From: an uncultured Chloroflexota bacterium
GTDB lineage: Bacteria > Chloroflexota > UBA11872 > UBA12225
Assembly (NCBI GenBank): GCA_902805635.1
Contig: CADCTC010000204.1
Span: forward strand, 10,903-74,902
Reading direction: 5' to 3'
DNA: 64,000 nt
Below the pieces are notes generated by a model. It saw only the letters and a list, made by a program, of their open reading frames with translations, was not told the origin of the DNA and made no database searches. Each line of letters begins with the position of its first letter. Position 1 is the first letter of the stretch. A program made the translations under genes and the position numbers. Below, piece after piece: positions 1 through 11,280 of the stretch.

Positions 1-63
1 CTGGGTGAGACGCTGCTGATCGGGTTTGATGCGAGCCGCTGGGCGGAGGCGCTGAACGTCTAG
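1..63 (+). CDS. 3' end of an unidentified upstream CDS (partial, runs off the window)
   Basis: The frame is open from base 1 to TAG at 61-63 (LGETLLIGFDASRWAEALNV*), with mostly G/C third positions. It is too short to name. Confidence 0.25.
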   Translation: MGETLLIGFDASRWAEALNV

Positions 64-211
64 CGCAGCCTTCATCTGTTACGGGCGAGGTACAAACCCG
101 TCACGGTTTGCATCCGGGCACCACGTAGCGGGTGCAGTGGCGGTCGAGCGACGTGCAAATCGCTCTACACTTTGTAGTACGATCAGACTATAGGAATACG
201 AGAAACGGATC

Positions 212-481
212 ATGCGTAGGACTACCGCGCCATGCCCCTTGACGCCACGCGAGCTTCAGATCCTGGCGGGCGTCGCGGAGGGGTGCTCAAACCGCACCGT
301 CGGCGAACAGCTGGGGATTTCTGAGCAGACGGTGAAGAACCACCTGGCGAAGGTACTGCAGCGGCTGCGCGCACCCGACCGCACCGCAGCCGTGGTCATT
401 GCGCTGCGCCAGGGGTGGCTTGACCTCAACGCGCTCCATGTCGCCGAACGCGACGTGCACGGCCTCCAGCGGGCGGCCTGA
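212..481 (+). CDS. LuxR/GerE-family HTH transcriptional regulator (stand-alone DNA-binding domain)
   Basis: LTPRELQILAGVAEGCSNRTVGEQLGISEQTVKNHLAKVLQRL is a textbook GerE-type helix-turn-helix. Confidence 0.85.
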   Translation: MRRTTAPCPLTPRELQILAGVAEGCSNRTVGEQLGISEQTVKNHLAKVLQRLRAPDRTAAVVIALRQGWLDLNALHVAERDVHGLQRAA

Positions 482-563
482 CCGGGTTCGCCGAGTAGCT
501 GGCACACGCGTTGAGCGCGGGTGCGTCCGAGCACGTGGAGGGCCTATTCGATAGCGTCATTCG

Positions 564-995
564 TTATGTGACGGCCGCCGGCACCGGCACAACGCGCGTA
601 ACGGCGTCGCGCAGGCGGCTGATGGTGGCCTGCTTGCCGAGCACCGCGTCGACCCCGGGCGGCTTCTCCCCCGCGTCCATCAGATCGCCGAAGCCGGTGA
701 GCAAGATGATGGATGTGGTGGGAGATCGCCCCTTTATGGCTACGGCGAGCTGATCGCCGCCCATGCGCGGCATGGCGCGATCGGTGACGACCAAATCGAA
801 CGTTCCCGTCTCGAACGCCGCCAGCGCCTCGACCCCGTCGGAGGCAGCCGTGACGGTGTGGCCTTCGGCCCGCACCAGCGCTTCGGTGATTTGGCGCACC
901 TGCGGATCGTCGTCCACGATGAGGACGCGCAGCGGCGCCGGCCGGGAAGGGGCGGCCTGGCCGTTCACCCCCTCTGCACTACGGGTCAGCTCCAC
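564..995 (-). CDS. CheY-like receiver domain protein (probably the C-terminal part of a decayed hybrid sensor kinase)
   Basis: Receiver motifs are present: RVLIVDDDPQV, DLVVTDRAMPRMGG and IILLTGF. The only start is GTG at 995. The frame stays open upstream through a HATPase_c tail and the 8-bp repeat. Confidence 0.8.
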   Translation of the reverse strand: MELTRSAEGVNGQAAPSRPAPLRVLIVDDDPQVRQITEALVRAEGHTVTAASDGVEALAAFETGTFDLVVTDRAMPRMGGDQLAVAIKGRSPTTSIILLTGFGDLMDAGEKPPGVDAVLGKQATISRLRDAVTRVVPVPAAVT

Positions 996-1828
996 GTGCG
1001 GGAATCGCAGCAGGACGCCCGTGCCGCCACCGGGGTGACTTTCAATGGCAACCGAGCCGCCGTGACGACGTGACGACGTGACGACGTGACGACGTGACGA
1101 CGTGACGACGTGACGACGTGACGACGTATGGTGGCCTGAGCAGCATGGGTCGAGTCAAGAATGCTGGCGTGGACCTCTTGCGCCCATCTCCAGGTCAGGT
1201 GCGCTGCCAGGATACCGCGCACGTCGCCATTGTCGTCCACGACCGGCGCCGAGACGTCTAGGAAGCGCATCGGCTCGCCCGACGGACTGGGGAGCAGGCT
1301 GCTGAGCAGCTCTGCCTTGTGCACGTCGCCCACGAAAACACCGCTAGCCCCGCGGGCGAACACCGGTCGCTGGGAGATGTTCATGCCTTCAAGCACCCCG
1401 CCCGTGCCGGCGCGCACCACGCCATCCGGGCGGACGAAGCCCAGCCAGGCGTAACTCGGAAACGTCCGCTGCCGCATCTCCATAAGCTGCCGCTGCTCCT
1501 CCTGGGTCACATCCGGAGCGGTCAGCGTCTCGATGGAGGCGACCAACCGTATCTCGCGATGGCGCTCGAACATGCCGCGGTCAAGTGCGCCCGCCAAAGT
1601 GCGGGCCAGGGCGGCGAGATCCTGCCCGGTTTGTGCTGCGCGCTGGCGCTCCGCGGCGGAACCTACCGGCGCACTGATGAAGATCACGAACGCGCTGGTG
1701 GTGGCGCCGAAGGTAAGCGCCAGACGCGCACGCAGGCTGCGCGATGGGTTCAGCGATTGACGGGTGGACTGGTGGTCCGGTGCACTCTCCTTGGTAACGG
1801 CGAGTGGTGTGGCGAGTGCTGGCCCCAT
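986..1828 (-). pseudogene. Sensor histidine kinase remnant: N-terminal membrane anchor plus extracytoplasmic Cache/PDC-like sensor domain, with the kinase core missing
   Basis: There is an N-terminal TM segment (LALTFGATTSAFVIFISAPV). It is followed by a sensor-like domain of about 200 aa (SYAWLGFVRPDGVVRAGTGGVLEGMNISQRPVF...). The ORF then reads straight into (RRHVVTSS)n encoded by the repeat and stops inside the receiver ORF. No HisKA H-box and no N or G1 boxes are present. Confidence 0.6.
1061..1127. repeat. Perfect tandem repeat of 8 copies of CGTGACGA plus a partial CGT
   Basis: Counted directly. The units are 1061-1068, 1069-1076 and so on to 1117-1124, followed by cgt. Confidence 0.97.
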
Positions 1829-2125
1829 GGTCCGGAGTCTCTCGTACGTGAAATCTGGATGGTCGTCACGGTTGCCCCCTCAAGACTGCGAGTCCCTTAG
1901 CCAGGTGTAGCTCAGCGCACACGTTATGCAACTGACTTGCACTCACTCGGGACAGGAGTCTTTCACGCCAGCGAGCGGAAGAGGGAAAGAGTTGGCGCCC
2001 TATATCGTTAAGCATGTGGCCTTTCCGTCTAGCCTGGCACAGAAGTAGGCACGTCCCCGCCAAAGCGCGGTACTATCCTGGTGGCCCAGGGCATCCCTGG
2101 TCTTCATAGGAAGGAACCTATTCAC

Positions 2126-4150
2126 ATGGCGGAAGGCGGACCGCCCCTGGTAGCGCCGGCCAAGCCGGCGACGAACGCGGGGCAGACGAGCTATAGCGGC
2201 AAGATCCTGCGCGTCAACCTGACGACCGGAGAGCACTCGGTCGACGAGCTCTCCGAGACGATCTACCGGCGCTACCTGGGCGGCAGCGCGCTGGCGTCGT
2301 ATTACCTGCTCAGCGAGCTGCCCGCCGGTGTGGACCCGCTCGGCCCGGACAACATGCTGATCTTCATGACGAGCGTGATCAACGGCACGTCGCTCTCGGG
2401 CGCGAACCGCTATACGGCAGCGGCGAAGTCGCCGCTCAATGATGGGTTTGGCGAGGCCGAGGCCGGTGGGTACTGGGGCCCTGAGCTCAAGGGGTGCGGG
2501 TACGACGGCATGATCATCACCGGCAAGGCGGAGAAGCCGGTGTACCTGTGGATCAAGGACGGCGAGGTAGAGGTCCGGGACGCGGCGGCCTACTGGGGCA
2601 AGAAGGCGACCGAGGTCCAGGAGGGGCTGGAGACTGAGCTGGGCGACCGGCGCATCCGCGTGCTGCAGTGTGGCATCGCGGGGGAGCGCCTGGTCCGCTA
2701 CGCCGCCATTGTCAACCAGTGCCGCCACTTCCATGGTCGAGCCGGGCTGGGCGCGGTGATGGGGTCCAAGAACCTGAAAGCGGTGGTCGTGCGCGGGCGC
2801 AAGGCGCCGCGCCCGATGGTCCGAGACCAGGCGCGCGGCATCCTGGACTGGTTCCGCGAGCACTACGACGGCGACCACGACCGCATGCACCAGCTCGGCA
2901 CGCCGGGCGGTATCCCCGCGCTGCAAGCTGACGGCATCCTGCCGACGCGCAACTTCACACAGGGCAACTTCGAGCACTTCCGCGAGATCTCGGGCCAGAC
3001 CATGGCCGACACGATCCTGGTCAACCGCGGGACGTGCTTCGCGTGCATTGTCGCGTGCAAGCGCGAGGTGAGCGTGCCGGAGTACGGCGTCGAGGCCAAG
3101 CACGGTGGCATGGAATACGAGACGATCGCCGCCACGGGCTCGCTGACCGGCGTGGGCGACCTCAAGCGAATCGCGCGCTACAGCACGCTGTGCAACGAGT
3201 ACGTGCTGGACAGCATCTCCACCGGCATGTGCATCGCATGGGCGCAGGAGTGCTACGAGCGTGGCATCCTCACCAAGGAAGACACCGGCGGGCTGGAGCT
3301 CAACTGGGGCAATGCCGACGCTGTGGAGACACTCATCCACCAGATCGCGCACCGTGAGGGGTTCGGCAACCTACTGGCGGAGGGCAGCTGGCGGGCGGCG
3401 CGCACCGTGGGGCGCGGGACCGAGCAGTACGCGCACACCTGCAAGAAGCAGGAGTTCCCCATGCACGAGCCGCGCGGCAAGCGCAGCCTGGCGCTGGCCT
3501 ACTCCATCTCGCCGACCGGCGCGGACCACATGGAGGCGCCGCACGACCCGGCCTACGAGGGTTTCGACGTCAACGACACGAGCCCGCTGGGGGCGCTGGG
3601 CCTGATCGAGCCGGTGGACCGTATGGACCTGGGCCCGAAGAAGGTCAAGGCGTTCTTCTACACCCAGATGCTGTGGAGCGCCTACAACTCCGTAGGCATG
3701 TGCGACTTCGTGGGGGTGCCGATCAACCCGCTGAAGGCCCAGAAGCTGGTGGACTTCGTCAACGCCTGCACCGGCTGGGAAATGACGGTCCACGAGCTGT
3801 TCAAGGTTGGCGAGCGGGCGAACACGATGGCGCGCTTGTTCAACAACCGCGAGGGCTTCACCGTCGCGGACGATTCGCTCCCGCCGCGCATGTTCGAACC
3901 GCTGGGCAACGGGCCGCTCGAGGGCGAGAAGATCGACCCGGAGGAGTTCGAAGCGGCGAAGAAGATGTACTACCAGATGGCCGGCTGGGACACGGCGACC
4001 GGCGAGCCACTGCTGGGCAAGCTGGCTGAGCTGGACCTGCTGTGGGCGACCGGCGCTGCCGGCACCAACGGCAATGGCAAGGCGCACGCGAACGGCAACG
4101 GCACGGCACAGCGGGCGCACCAGCGGTCGGCCGAGCCAGTCATCGGGTAG
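2126..4150 (+). CDS. aor: Aldehyde:ferredoxin oxidoreductase family protein (tungstopterin enzyme)
   Basis: The N-terminus ([17 protein letters not shown]...[13 protein letters not shown]) matches the family, as do [29 protein letters not shown] and the 4Fe-4S ligand block [12 protein letters not shown] chose ATG 2126, which is preceded by AGGAAGGAA. The C-terminal tail is Asn/Gly-rich. Confidence 0.9.
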   Translation: MAEGGPPLVAPAKPATNAGQTSYSGKILRVNLTTGEHSVDELSETIYRRYLGGSALASYYLLSELPAGVDPLGPDNMLIFMTSVINGTSLSGANRYTAAAKSPLNDGFGEAEAGGYWGPELKGCGYDGMIITGKAEKPVYLWIKDGEVEVRDAAAYWGKKATEVQEGLETELGDRRIRVLQCGIAGERLVRYAAIVNQCRHFHGRAGLGAVMGSKNLKAVVVRGRKAPRPMVRDQARGILDWFREHYDGDHDRMHQLGTPGGIPALQADGILPTRNFTQGNFEHFREISGQTMADTILVNRGTCFACIVACKREVSVPEYGVEAKHGGMEYETIAATGSLTGVGDLKRIARYSTLCNEYVLDSISTGMCIAWAQECYERGILTKEDTGGLELNWGNADAVETLIHQIAHREGFGNLLAEGSWRAARTVGRGTEQYAHTCKKQEFPMHEPRGKRSLALAYSISPTGADHMEAPHDPAYEGFDVNDTSPLGALGLIEPVDRMDLGPKKVKAFFYTQMLWSAYNSVGMCDFVGVPINPLKAQKLVDFVNACTGWEMTVHELFKVGERANTMARLFNNREGFTVADDSLPPRMFEPLGNGPLEGEKIDPEEFEAAKKMYYQMAGWDTATGEPLLGKLAELDLLWATGAAGTNGNGKAHANGNGTAQRAHQRSAEPVIG

Positions 4151-4185
4151 TCCTGCAACACTCAGTCGCTATTGGGAACAAAGAT

Positions 4186-5174
<989 letters not shown>

Positions 5175-5181
<7 letters not shown>

Positions 5182-5783
5182 GGCAAGCTCCCAAGATCGG
5201 AGTACTTGCGGTGCAAGGCGACGTCGCGGAACACGCGGCGTCGCTGCGCGCCGTGGGGGCGGAGCCCGTGGAAGTGCGCTTGCCAGGGCAGCTTGAGGGG
5301 CTGGCTGGCCTGGTGATCCCCGGTGGTGAGAGCACCGCCATCGGCAAGCTCCTGGTGAACTGGGGCTTGCACGCGCCGCTGCGTGAGCGCATCCGGCTGG
5401 GCTTCCCGGTGTGGGGCACCTGCGCCGGGGCGATCATGCTGGCGGAGGACGTGAAGGACGCGCTGCCGGAGCAGCCGCTGCTCGGCGGGATGGACATCAG
5501 CGTGCGGCGCAACGCATTCGGCCGGCAGACACAGAGCTTCGAGACGGACTTGCCGGTGCCGTCACTGGGAAACCAGCCGGTGCACGCTGTGTTCATCCGT
5601 GCGCCGAAGATCGAGAGCGTCGGCGAGGACGTGGAGGTGCTGGCGACCCTGGAAGATGGATCGATCGCAGCCGCACGGCAGGGGCCGCTGCTGGCGACCA
5701 CGTTCCACCCGGAGCTAACGCCGGACACGCGGTTCCACCGGCTCTTCGTAGAGATGGCCGCTAAGACACGAACGACCCGCTAA
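5175..5783 (+). CDS. pdxT: Pyridoxal 5'-phosphate synthase glutaminase subunit PdxT
   Basis: [28 protein letters not shown] and TTFHPEL are present. The ATG overlaps the pdxS stop (ATGGTGA). Confidence 0.93.
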
Positions 5784-5791
5784 ATCAGGGA

Positions 5792-8023
5792 CTACTTCGA
5801 CGGCACCAGGCCGCTGCGGACATCGCGGGAGGCGGCGGTCACGTCCTTGATCTTTTCAATCTTGCTCAGCAGGCGGCTAAGCTGCTGGAGGCTGGCAAGC
5901 TCCACAGACGTCAGGATAGTGGCCACACCATTCTTGTTCACATCCACTGTCGCGCCGGTGATATTGAGCTTTTCCTCGGTAACCACCGTGGCCACGTCGC
6001 GTAGCAGCCCCTCGCGGTCATATGCCTCCACGCGAATGGTGACCGGATAGGACTGCACGCCGGTGCGCGCCCAATCGACCTGCACGAGTCGCTCGGGCTC
6101 GTCTTCCGCGCGCACGTTCTTACAGTCGCGACGGTGGACGCTGACGCCCTTGCCGCGCGTGATGTAGCCGATGATCTCGTCGCCGGGCACCGGCTTGCAG
6201 CAGGTCGCCATGCGGGTGAGCAGGTCTCCTACACCAAGCACGCTGACGGCGCCGGTGCTCCCGGTGGAGGCAGGCGTGGGAGTGGCCTGGCCGTCTGGCG
6301 GCAGCTCTGGAAACTGAACCTCGGCCGGGGCACGCAAGCCGAGGCGGCTAACGACCGTTTGTATGCCGACGCCGCCGTAGCCCAGCGCCGCCAGCAGCAG
6401 GTCAACGCTGGGTTGGTGGAGCGCCTCGGCAACGTCGGTCAGCTTCTCGTCGGAGAGGACACCCAGGCCACCCAGGCCCAGACGCTTGAGCTCCTTATCC
6501 AGGGCTTCCTTGCCACGCGCGATGTTGGCGGCGCGCTGCTGCTGCTTGAACCACTGGCGGATCTTCTCGCGCGCGTGCGCGGTCTGGACCAGGGTCAGCC
6601 AGTCGCGGCTGGGGCCGTGGGCGCCCTTGCTGGTGAGGATCTCGACGATGTCCCCGTTCTTGAGCTGGTAGTCGAGCGGGACCAGCTTGCCGTTGACCCG
6701 CGCGCCGATGCAGCGGTGGCCCACGTCGGTATGGATGCGGTAGGCAAAGTCCAGTGGAGTGGCGCCGGCCGGCAAGTCCTTGATGGCGCCCTTGGGCGTG
6801 AAGACGTAGACCTGGTCCTGGAAGACGTCCATCTTGACGCTCTCGACGAACTCGGTCGCCGACGAGAGCTCCTGCTGCCACGCCATCAGCTGGCGCAGCC
6901 AGGCCAGCTTGGCCTCGAAGGCCGGGTCGCCCTGGCTGCCTTCCTTGTAGCGCCAGTGAGCGGCGATACCGTGCTCGGCGACCTGGTGCATTTCATGAGT
7001 GCGGATCTGCACCTCCATGAAGCGCCCGCCGGGGCCGATCACCGCGGTATGCAGCGACTGGTACATGTTGCCCTTGGGCATGGCGATGTAGTCGTCGAAC
7101 TGCCCGGGAACGGGCTTCCAGATGCTATGGACCGTGCCGAGCGCGGCGTAACACTCGGCCAGTGTGCCAACCTGGACACGGATGGCCAGCAGGTCATACA
7201 GCTGGTCGAAGCTGCGGCCGGTGCGCAGCATCTTGTTGTAGATGGAATACAGGTGCTTCGGGCGCCCGGTGACCGTAGGCTCAAGGCCGTGCTTCCTGAG
7301 CTCGGCGGTCAGCAGGTCGATCGCTTCCGCAATGTGGCGCTCGCGCGCCTGGCGCGTCTCCGCCAGCAGACGCTTCAGCCCCTGGTACTTCTCCGGCTCC
7401 AGGTGAAAGAAGGCGCCGTCCTCCAGCTTCCACTTCAGCTGCCAGATACCCAGTCGGTGCGCAAGCGGCGAGTAGATTTCGAGCGTCTCGCGCGCGATTC
7501 TCTTACGGGATTCGGGCGCCTTTCCGTCCAGGGTGCGGACATTGTGCAGGCGGTCGCACAGCTTGATGATGACCACACGGATGTCCTCCGCCATGGCCAG
7601 GAACATCTTGCGGAGGTTTTCCGCCTGCTGCTCTTCCAGCGTCTGCCACTGGATGCGAGACAGCTTGGTGACGCCGTCTACCAGCTTGGCCACCTCCTGG
7701 CCGAAGCGCTCCTCAACCTGTTCCAATTTGAAGGAGGTGTCCTCGGGCACGTCGTGCAGCAGGCCGGCGCAGATCGTGGCCCGGTCCATTTGCAGCTCGG
7801 CCAGCACCAGCGCGGTCTCCAGCGGGTGCTGGACGTACGGCTCGCCAGTGCCGCGGAGCTGGCCATCGTGGGCGCGAGCGGCAAACTCGAACGCGTCACG
7901 CACCGGCGCCAGATCGACGTTTGGCAAGTACCCGCGCATTGCCTCTTGAAGGTCCTCGATCGTGGACAGCCGCCGGCGCGGAGGCTGCGGCTGCGTGTCG
8001 AGCTCGGCGGTGGCGAGGGCCAT
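5792..8023 (-). CDS. relA: Bifunctional (p)ppGpp synthetase/hydrolase (RelA/SpoT homologue)
   Basis: The HD domain (HPLETALVLAE...LLHDVPEDT), the synthetase region (RPKHLYSIYNKM, YQSLHT), the TGS domain and the C-terminal ACT-like domain are all readable. Confidence 0.95.
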   Translation of the reverse strand: MALATAELDTQPQPPRRRLSTIEDLQEAMRGYLPNVDLAPVRDAFEFAARAHDGQLRGTGEPYVQHPLETALVLAELQMDRATICAGLLHDVPEDTSFKLEQVEERFGQEVAKLVDGVTKLSRIQWQTLEEQQAENLRKMFLAMAEDIRVVIIKLCDRLHNVRTLDGKAPESRKRIARETLEIYSPLAHRLGIWQLKWKLEDGAFFHLEPEKYQGLKRLLAETRQARERHIAEAIDLLTAELRKHGLEPTVTGRPKHLYSIYNKMLRTGRSFDQLYDLLAIRVQVGTLAECYAALGTVHSIWKPVPGQFDDYIAMPKGNMYQSLHTAVIGPGGRFMEVQIRTHEMHQVAEHGIAAHWRYKEGSQGDPAFEAKLAWLRQLMAWQQELSSATEFVESVKMDVFQDQVYVFTPKGAIKDLPAGATPLDFAYRIHTDVGHRCIGARVNGKLVPLDYQLKNGDIVEILTSKGAHGPSRDWLTLVQTAHAREKIRQWFKQQQRAANIARGKEALDKELKRLGLGGLGVLSDEKLTDVAEALHQPSVDLLLAALGYGGVGIQTVVSRLGLRAPAEVQFPELPPDGQATPTPASTGSTGAVSVLGVGDLLTRMATCCKPVPGDEIIGYITRGKGVSVHRRDCKNVRAEDEPERLVQVDWARTGVQSYPVTIRVEAYDREGLLRDVATVVTEEKLNITGATVDVNKNGVATILTSVELASLQQLSRLLSKIEKIKDVTAASRDVRSGLVPSK

Positions 8024-8062
8024 GATGGTGATGAAGTGCGAGATGCCGGCTAGAGAGTCAGG

Positions 8063-9838
8063 TTAGCGTCCGTACGCGTTGCGCACAACCCCCGCGACAG
8101 CGGCCGAGGAAGGACGCGCGTCCTGCAGGCGAAGCTCAAGGGATTCGTTGCCATTCCAGGTCGAGCTTTCGAGCGAGAAGAGGACGTCGAGGTGGGGCGT
8201 GCCGGCCAGGAAACCCGCGTGGCTGCCGAAGTTTGGGCCAAACGCGGTGAAGGTGAGCCGGCCGGCGCGGAGGCGGGCGCGCAGGTGCTTGCCTCCGGCG
8301 CCCACAGGGCGGGCTTCCAGGAGTCGCAGGCGCTCGGCCAGGAAAAGCGGGTGCGGGTTAGAGTGGCCAAACGGGCGCAGGCACGACAGGCCATTGAAGA
8401 CGGCCCAGCTCAGATCACCCTCCGACAGCAGACCGTCGGCGACGATAGGCGCGGCGCTTTCGTCCGGCGTGCCGGCGCACGCGGAAAGCAGCCGGTCCAC
8501 CAGGCGGTCCAGGTGGCACGGCAGGACCGCAAACCCGGCGGCTTGGGCGTGGCCGCCGTGCTCGATGAGCAAGTCAGCGCAGCCGTCAAGCAGCGACACC
8601 AGGTCGAAGCCAGGCAAGCCGCGCGCCGAGCCACGGCAGGCGTCACTCCCAACGTCCACGATGATAGCCGGGCGGCGGAACTCATCGGTCAATCGCGCCG
8701 CTACCAGCCCGAGGACGCCGCCTGGCCACGCCTGGCCGCGCACCACCAGGATCGGTTGGTCGCCCGCGAGGATGGCCTGCTCGCGCGCGGCGAGCAGCAC
8801 CTGCTCGGTGAGCGCCTGTCGCTCGGCGTTCATCTGGTCGAGCTGCCGGACCAGTTCGGCGGCGCGGTGCGCGTCCCGCGTGGCAAGCAGCTCCAGCGCC
8901 AGGTCGGCGCAGCTCATGCGCCCGGCGGCGTTCAGTCGCGGCCCGATGGAGAAGGCGACGGTGCGCTCGTCAATGGCGCCACCTCCACGCGCCAGCAGCG
9001 CGCGGATGCCGGGCCGCGGGGCTTCGTTGAGCCGACGCAGCCCGCGCTGCACCAGCCGGCGGTTCTCGCCGGACAGGGGGGACACGTCCACGATCGTGCC
9101 GAGCGCGACGAGATCGAGCAGATCGTCAGGAACCAGCCCACTAAGCAGACCGGAATAACCCAGCGCCTGGACAAGCTTCCAGGAGACGCCGCAGCCCGAC
9201 AGGTCCTTGCATGGATACGGGCAACCGGGCTGGTGCGGGTTGACAAGAGCCACAGCGTCGGGCAGCGACGGACCGGTCAGGTGGTGGTCGGTGATGATCA
9301 CGTCAATGCCGAGTGATCGCGCGTGTGCCACCGCCTCGACGGCGCGGCTGCCGGTGTCGCACGTGACGATCAGCGAGACGCCCGCGGCGGCGAACTGGTC
9401 AACCGTTGCGGCTGTCAGACCGTAACCGGTGGCGCTGCGCCCGGGGACGTACGAAATGACCCGGATGCCGGCGGAGCGCAGGCCCTCGGACAGAACCACG
9501 GTGGCCGTGACGCCGTCCACGTCGAAGTCGCCATGCACGGCCACGATCTCGCGTCGCGAAATGGCCTGCCGGAGCCGCGCGATGGCCCGATCCATGCCCA
9601 GTAGCGCGAATGGATCGTGTAGCGTGCCGCTATGCAGGAACTCCTGGATCGCCAGCGGGCTCACCAGTCCGCGCGAAAAGAGCACCTGGACGGCGACCGG
9701 GTGCAGGAGCGGCAGCCCCGCGGCGAGTGACGGTGGCGCCTGCGGGGCGATCTCCCAGGGGCGCCCGCTCAGGGATGCAGGATCGTTCGCCGCGGCGGTG
9801 GCAGGGGACATTGCGGCCGGGTACGTCATAATCCCCAC
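8063..9838 (-). CDS. recJ: Single-stranded-DNA-specific exonuclease RecJ
   Basis: DHH motifs are present (VAVHGDFDVDGVTAT, TCDTGS, VIITDHH), followed by a DHHA1 region (GGHAQAAGF). Confidence 0.9.
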   Translation of the reverse strand: MGIMTYPAAMSPATAAANDPASLSGRPWEIAPQAPPSLAAGLPLLHPVAVQVLFSRGLVSPLAIQEFLHSGTLHDPFALLGMDRAIARLRQAISRREIVAVHGDFDVDGVTATVVLSEGLRSAGIRVISYVPGRSATGYGLTAATVDQFAAAGVSLIVTCDTGSRAVEAVAHARSLGIDVIITDHHLTGPSLPDAVALVNPHQPGCPYPCKDLSGCGVSWKLVQALGYSGLLSGLVPDDLLDLVALGTIVDVSPLSGENRRLVQRGLRRLNEAPRPGIRALLARGGGAIDERTVAFSIGPRLNAAGRMSCADLALELLATRDAHRAAELVRQLDQMNAERQALTEQVLLAAREQAILAGDQPILVVRGQAWPGGVLGLVAARLTDEFRRPAIIVDVGSDACRGSARGLPGFDLVSLLDGCADLLIEHGGHAQAAGFAVLPCHLDRLVDRLLSACAGTPDESAAPIVADGLLSEGDLSWAVFNGLSCLRPFGHSNPHPLFLAERLRLLEARPVGAGGKHLRARLRAGRLTFTAFGPNFGSHAGFLAGTPHLDVLFSLESSTWNGNESLELRLQDARPSSAAVAGVVRNAYGR

Positions 9839-9886
9839 TTAAGGAGTATAGCTTCGATCCAGAACGGGATCGGGGTCCCCTACCTC

Positions 9887-11263
9887 ATGTTTTACGATCA
9901 GGCGAAGATCACGGTGGCCGGCGGCAACGGCGGCAACGGCTCAGTCCACATGCGGCGCGAGAAGTTCGTGCCGCGCGGCGGCCCGGACGGCGGCGACGGG
10001 GGCCGCGGTGGCAGCGTCTATCTTGAAGCGACCGCCAATCTGAACACGCTGCTGCCATTCCGCTTCAAGCGCACCTTCGCGGCTGAGCCGGGTGGGCCGG
10101 GGGGCCGGCGCAACATGCACGGCAAGGCAGGCGAGGATCTGGTCATCAAGGTCCCGCCGGGGACCGTCGTGCGCGACGCCGCCACGGAGGAGCTATTAGC
10201 CGACGTGGTGGAGCCGGGAACGCGGGTCCTGGTCGCGCGCGGCGGCCGCGGCGGGCTGGGCAACTCACACTTTGCCACGTCCACGGAGCGCACGCCAGAG
10301 TTCGCCCAGAAGGGCGACCCCGGCGAGGAGCGCGAGCTGGCGCTGGAGCTGCGCGTCATCGCGGACGTGGGACTGGTGGGGTACCCGAACGCGGGTAAGT
10401 CGTCGCTGCTGGCAGCGATCAGCGCCGCACGCCCCAAGATCGCGGACTATCCGTTCACTACACTGGAGCCGAACCTGGGCGTGGTGGGCATCGCCGACGA
10501 GTCGTTCGTCGTGGCGGACATCCCAGGATTGATCGAGGGAGCGCACGAGGGCGCGGGGCTGGGACACCAGTTCCTGCGTCACGTGGAGCGCACACGCCTG
10601 TTGGTGCACGTGGTGGATCTGGCGGGCGTCGACGGTCGCCAGGACCCGGTGGAGGACTTCGAGCGCATCAACCACGAGCTGGCCGGCCATTCGGCCGAGC
10701 TGGCGCGCCGGCCCCAGATCGCGGCGGCGAACAAGATGGACCTGCCGGACGCGCAGGCGCGCTGGGATTCGTTCCAGCGCACCATGCAGAAGCGCGGGGT
10801 ACCGGCCTTCCCTATCTCCGCAGCGACACGCGAGGGAGTCGAGCCGTTGCTGCGCGCCGTGGCGACGAGACTGGCGGAGATCAGGCGAGACGAGGCGGAG
10901 CAGGCGGCGGCGGAGACAGCGCTGCTCGCGCCAGACTTCGAGACGGCTCCGGACCACCAGGTATTCACGCCGATCCAACAGGCGCGCGAGTTCTTCGTGC
11001 AGCAGGCGCCCGACGGGTCGTTCGAGGTGACCGGACGTGCAGTAGAGCGGCTAGCCAACCAGACCGACTTCACCAGCGAAGCAGCGGTGAAGCACCTCTA
11101 CCAGCGCCTGCGCCAGCTAGGGGTGGCCGGCGCGCTGACAAAGGCGGGCGTTGTTCCCGGCACGCGCGTGCGGCTGGGGAATGAAGAGATCGATTGGATG
11201 GCGCAAGCGCGCCCGCCGGAGAAAAAACGCCGCACGGCACGCCAGCGCAAGCTGGGCGGGTAA
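9887..11263 (+). CDS. obg: GTPase Obg/CgtA
   Basis: The Gly-rich Obg fold is present (FYDQAKITVAGGNGGNGSVHMRREKFVPRGGPDGGDGGRGGSV). The G domain shows GYPNAGKSSLL and DIPGLIEGA. A C-terminal OCT-like domain follows. Confidence 0.95.
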   Translation: MFYDQAKITVAGGNGGNGSVHMRREKFVPRGGPDGGDGGRGGSVYLEATANLNTLLPFRFKRTFAAEPGGPGGRRNMHGKAGEDLVIKVPPGTVVRDAATEELLADVVEPGTRVLVARGGRGGLGNSHFATSTERTPEFAQKGDPGEERELALELRVIADVGLVGYPNAGKSSLLAAISAARPKIADYPFTTLEPNLGVVGIADESFVVADIPGLIEGAHEGAGLGHQFLRHVERTRLLVHVVDLAGVDGRQDPVEDFERINHELAGHSAELARRPQIAAANKMDLPDAQARWDSFQRTMQKRGVPAFPISAATREGVEPLLRAVATRLAEIRRDEAEQAAAETALLAPDFETAPDHQVFTPIQQAREFFVQQAPDGSFEVTGRAVERLANQTDFTSEAAVKHLYQRLRQLGVAGALTKAGVVPGTRVRLGNEEIDWMAQARPPEKKRRTARQRKLGG

Positions 11264-11280
11264 GACTGCGGCCCTGGCGT

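Noticed and set aside
1061-1127. The 8-bp array considered as a CRISPR or minisatellite element
   Set aside because: There are no spacers, and the unit is far too short for CRISPR. I treat it instead as an intragenic microsatellite (see the findings).
1905-1925. A tRNA-like 'gtagctcag' D-loop string in the AOR upstream region
   Set aside because: There is no matching acceptor stem, no anticodon arm and no GTTCRANNC T-loop nearby.
1829-2125. The untranslated region of about 300 nt, less GC-rich, upstream of the tungstoenzyme gene, considered as a possible Moco/Tuco riboswitch
   Set aside because: I could not recognise the conserved Moco-motif elements by eye. Only a covariance-model scan (Rfam Moco_RNA_motif) could settle this, so I make no claim.
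2000-3352. A 450-aa minus-strand ORF antisense to the AOR gene
   Set aside because: It is an Arg/Ala/His/Val/Leu-rich shadow ORF typical of high-GC DNA. The plus frame carries unmistakable AOR motifs.
6134-8053. A 639-aa plus-strand ORF antisense to relA/spoT
   Set aside because: It has the same shadow-ORF composition (Ala/Leu/Gly/Arg/Val-rich, no motifs). The minus frame is a textbook RelA/SpoT.
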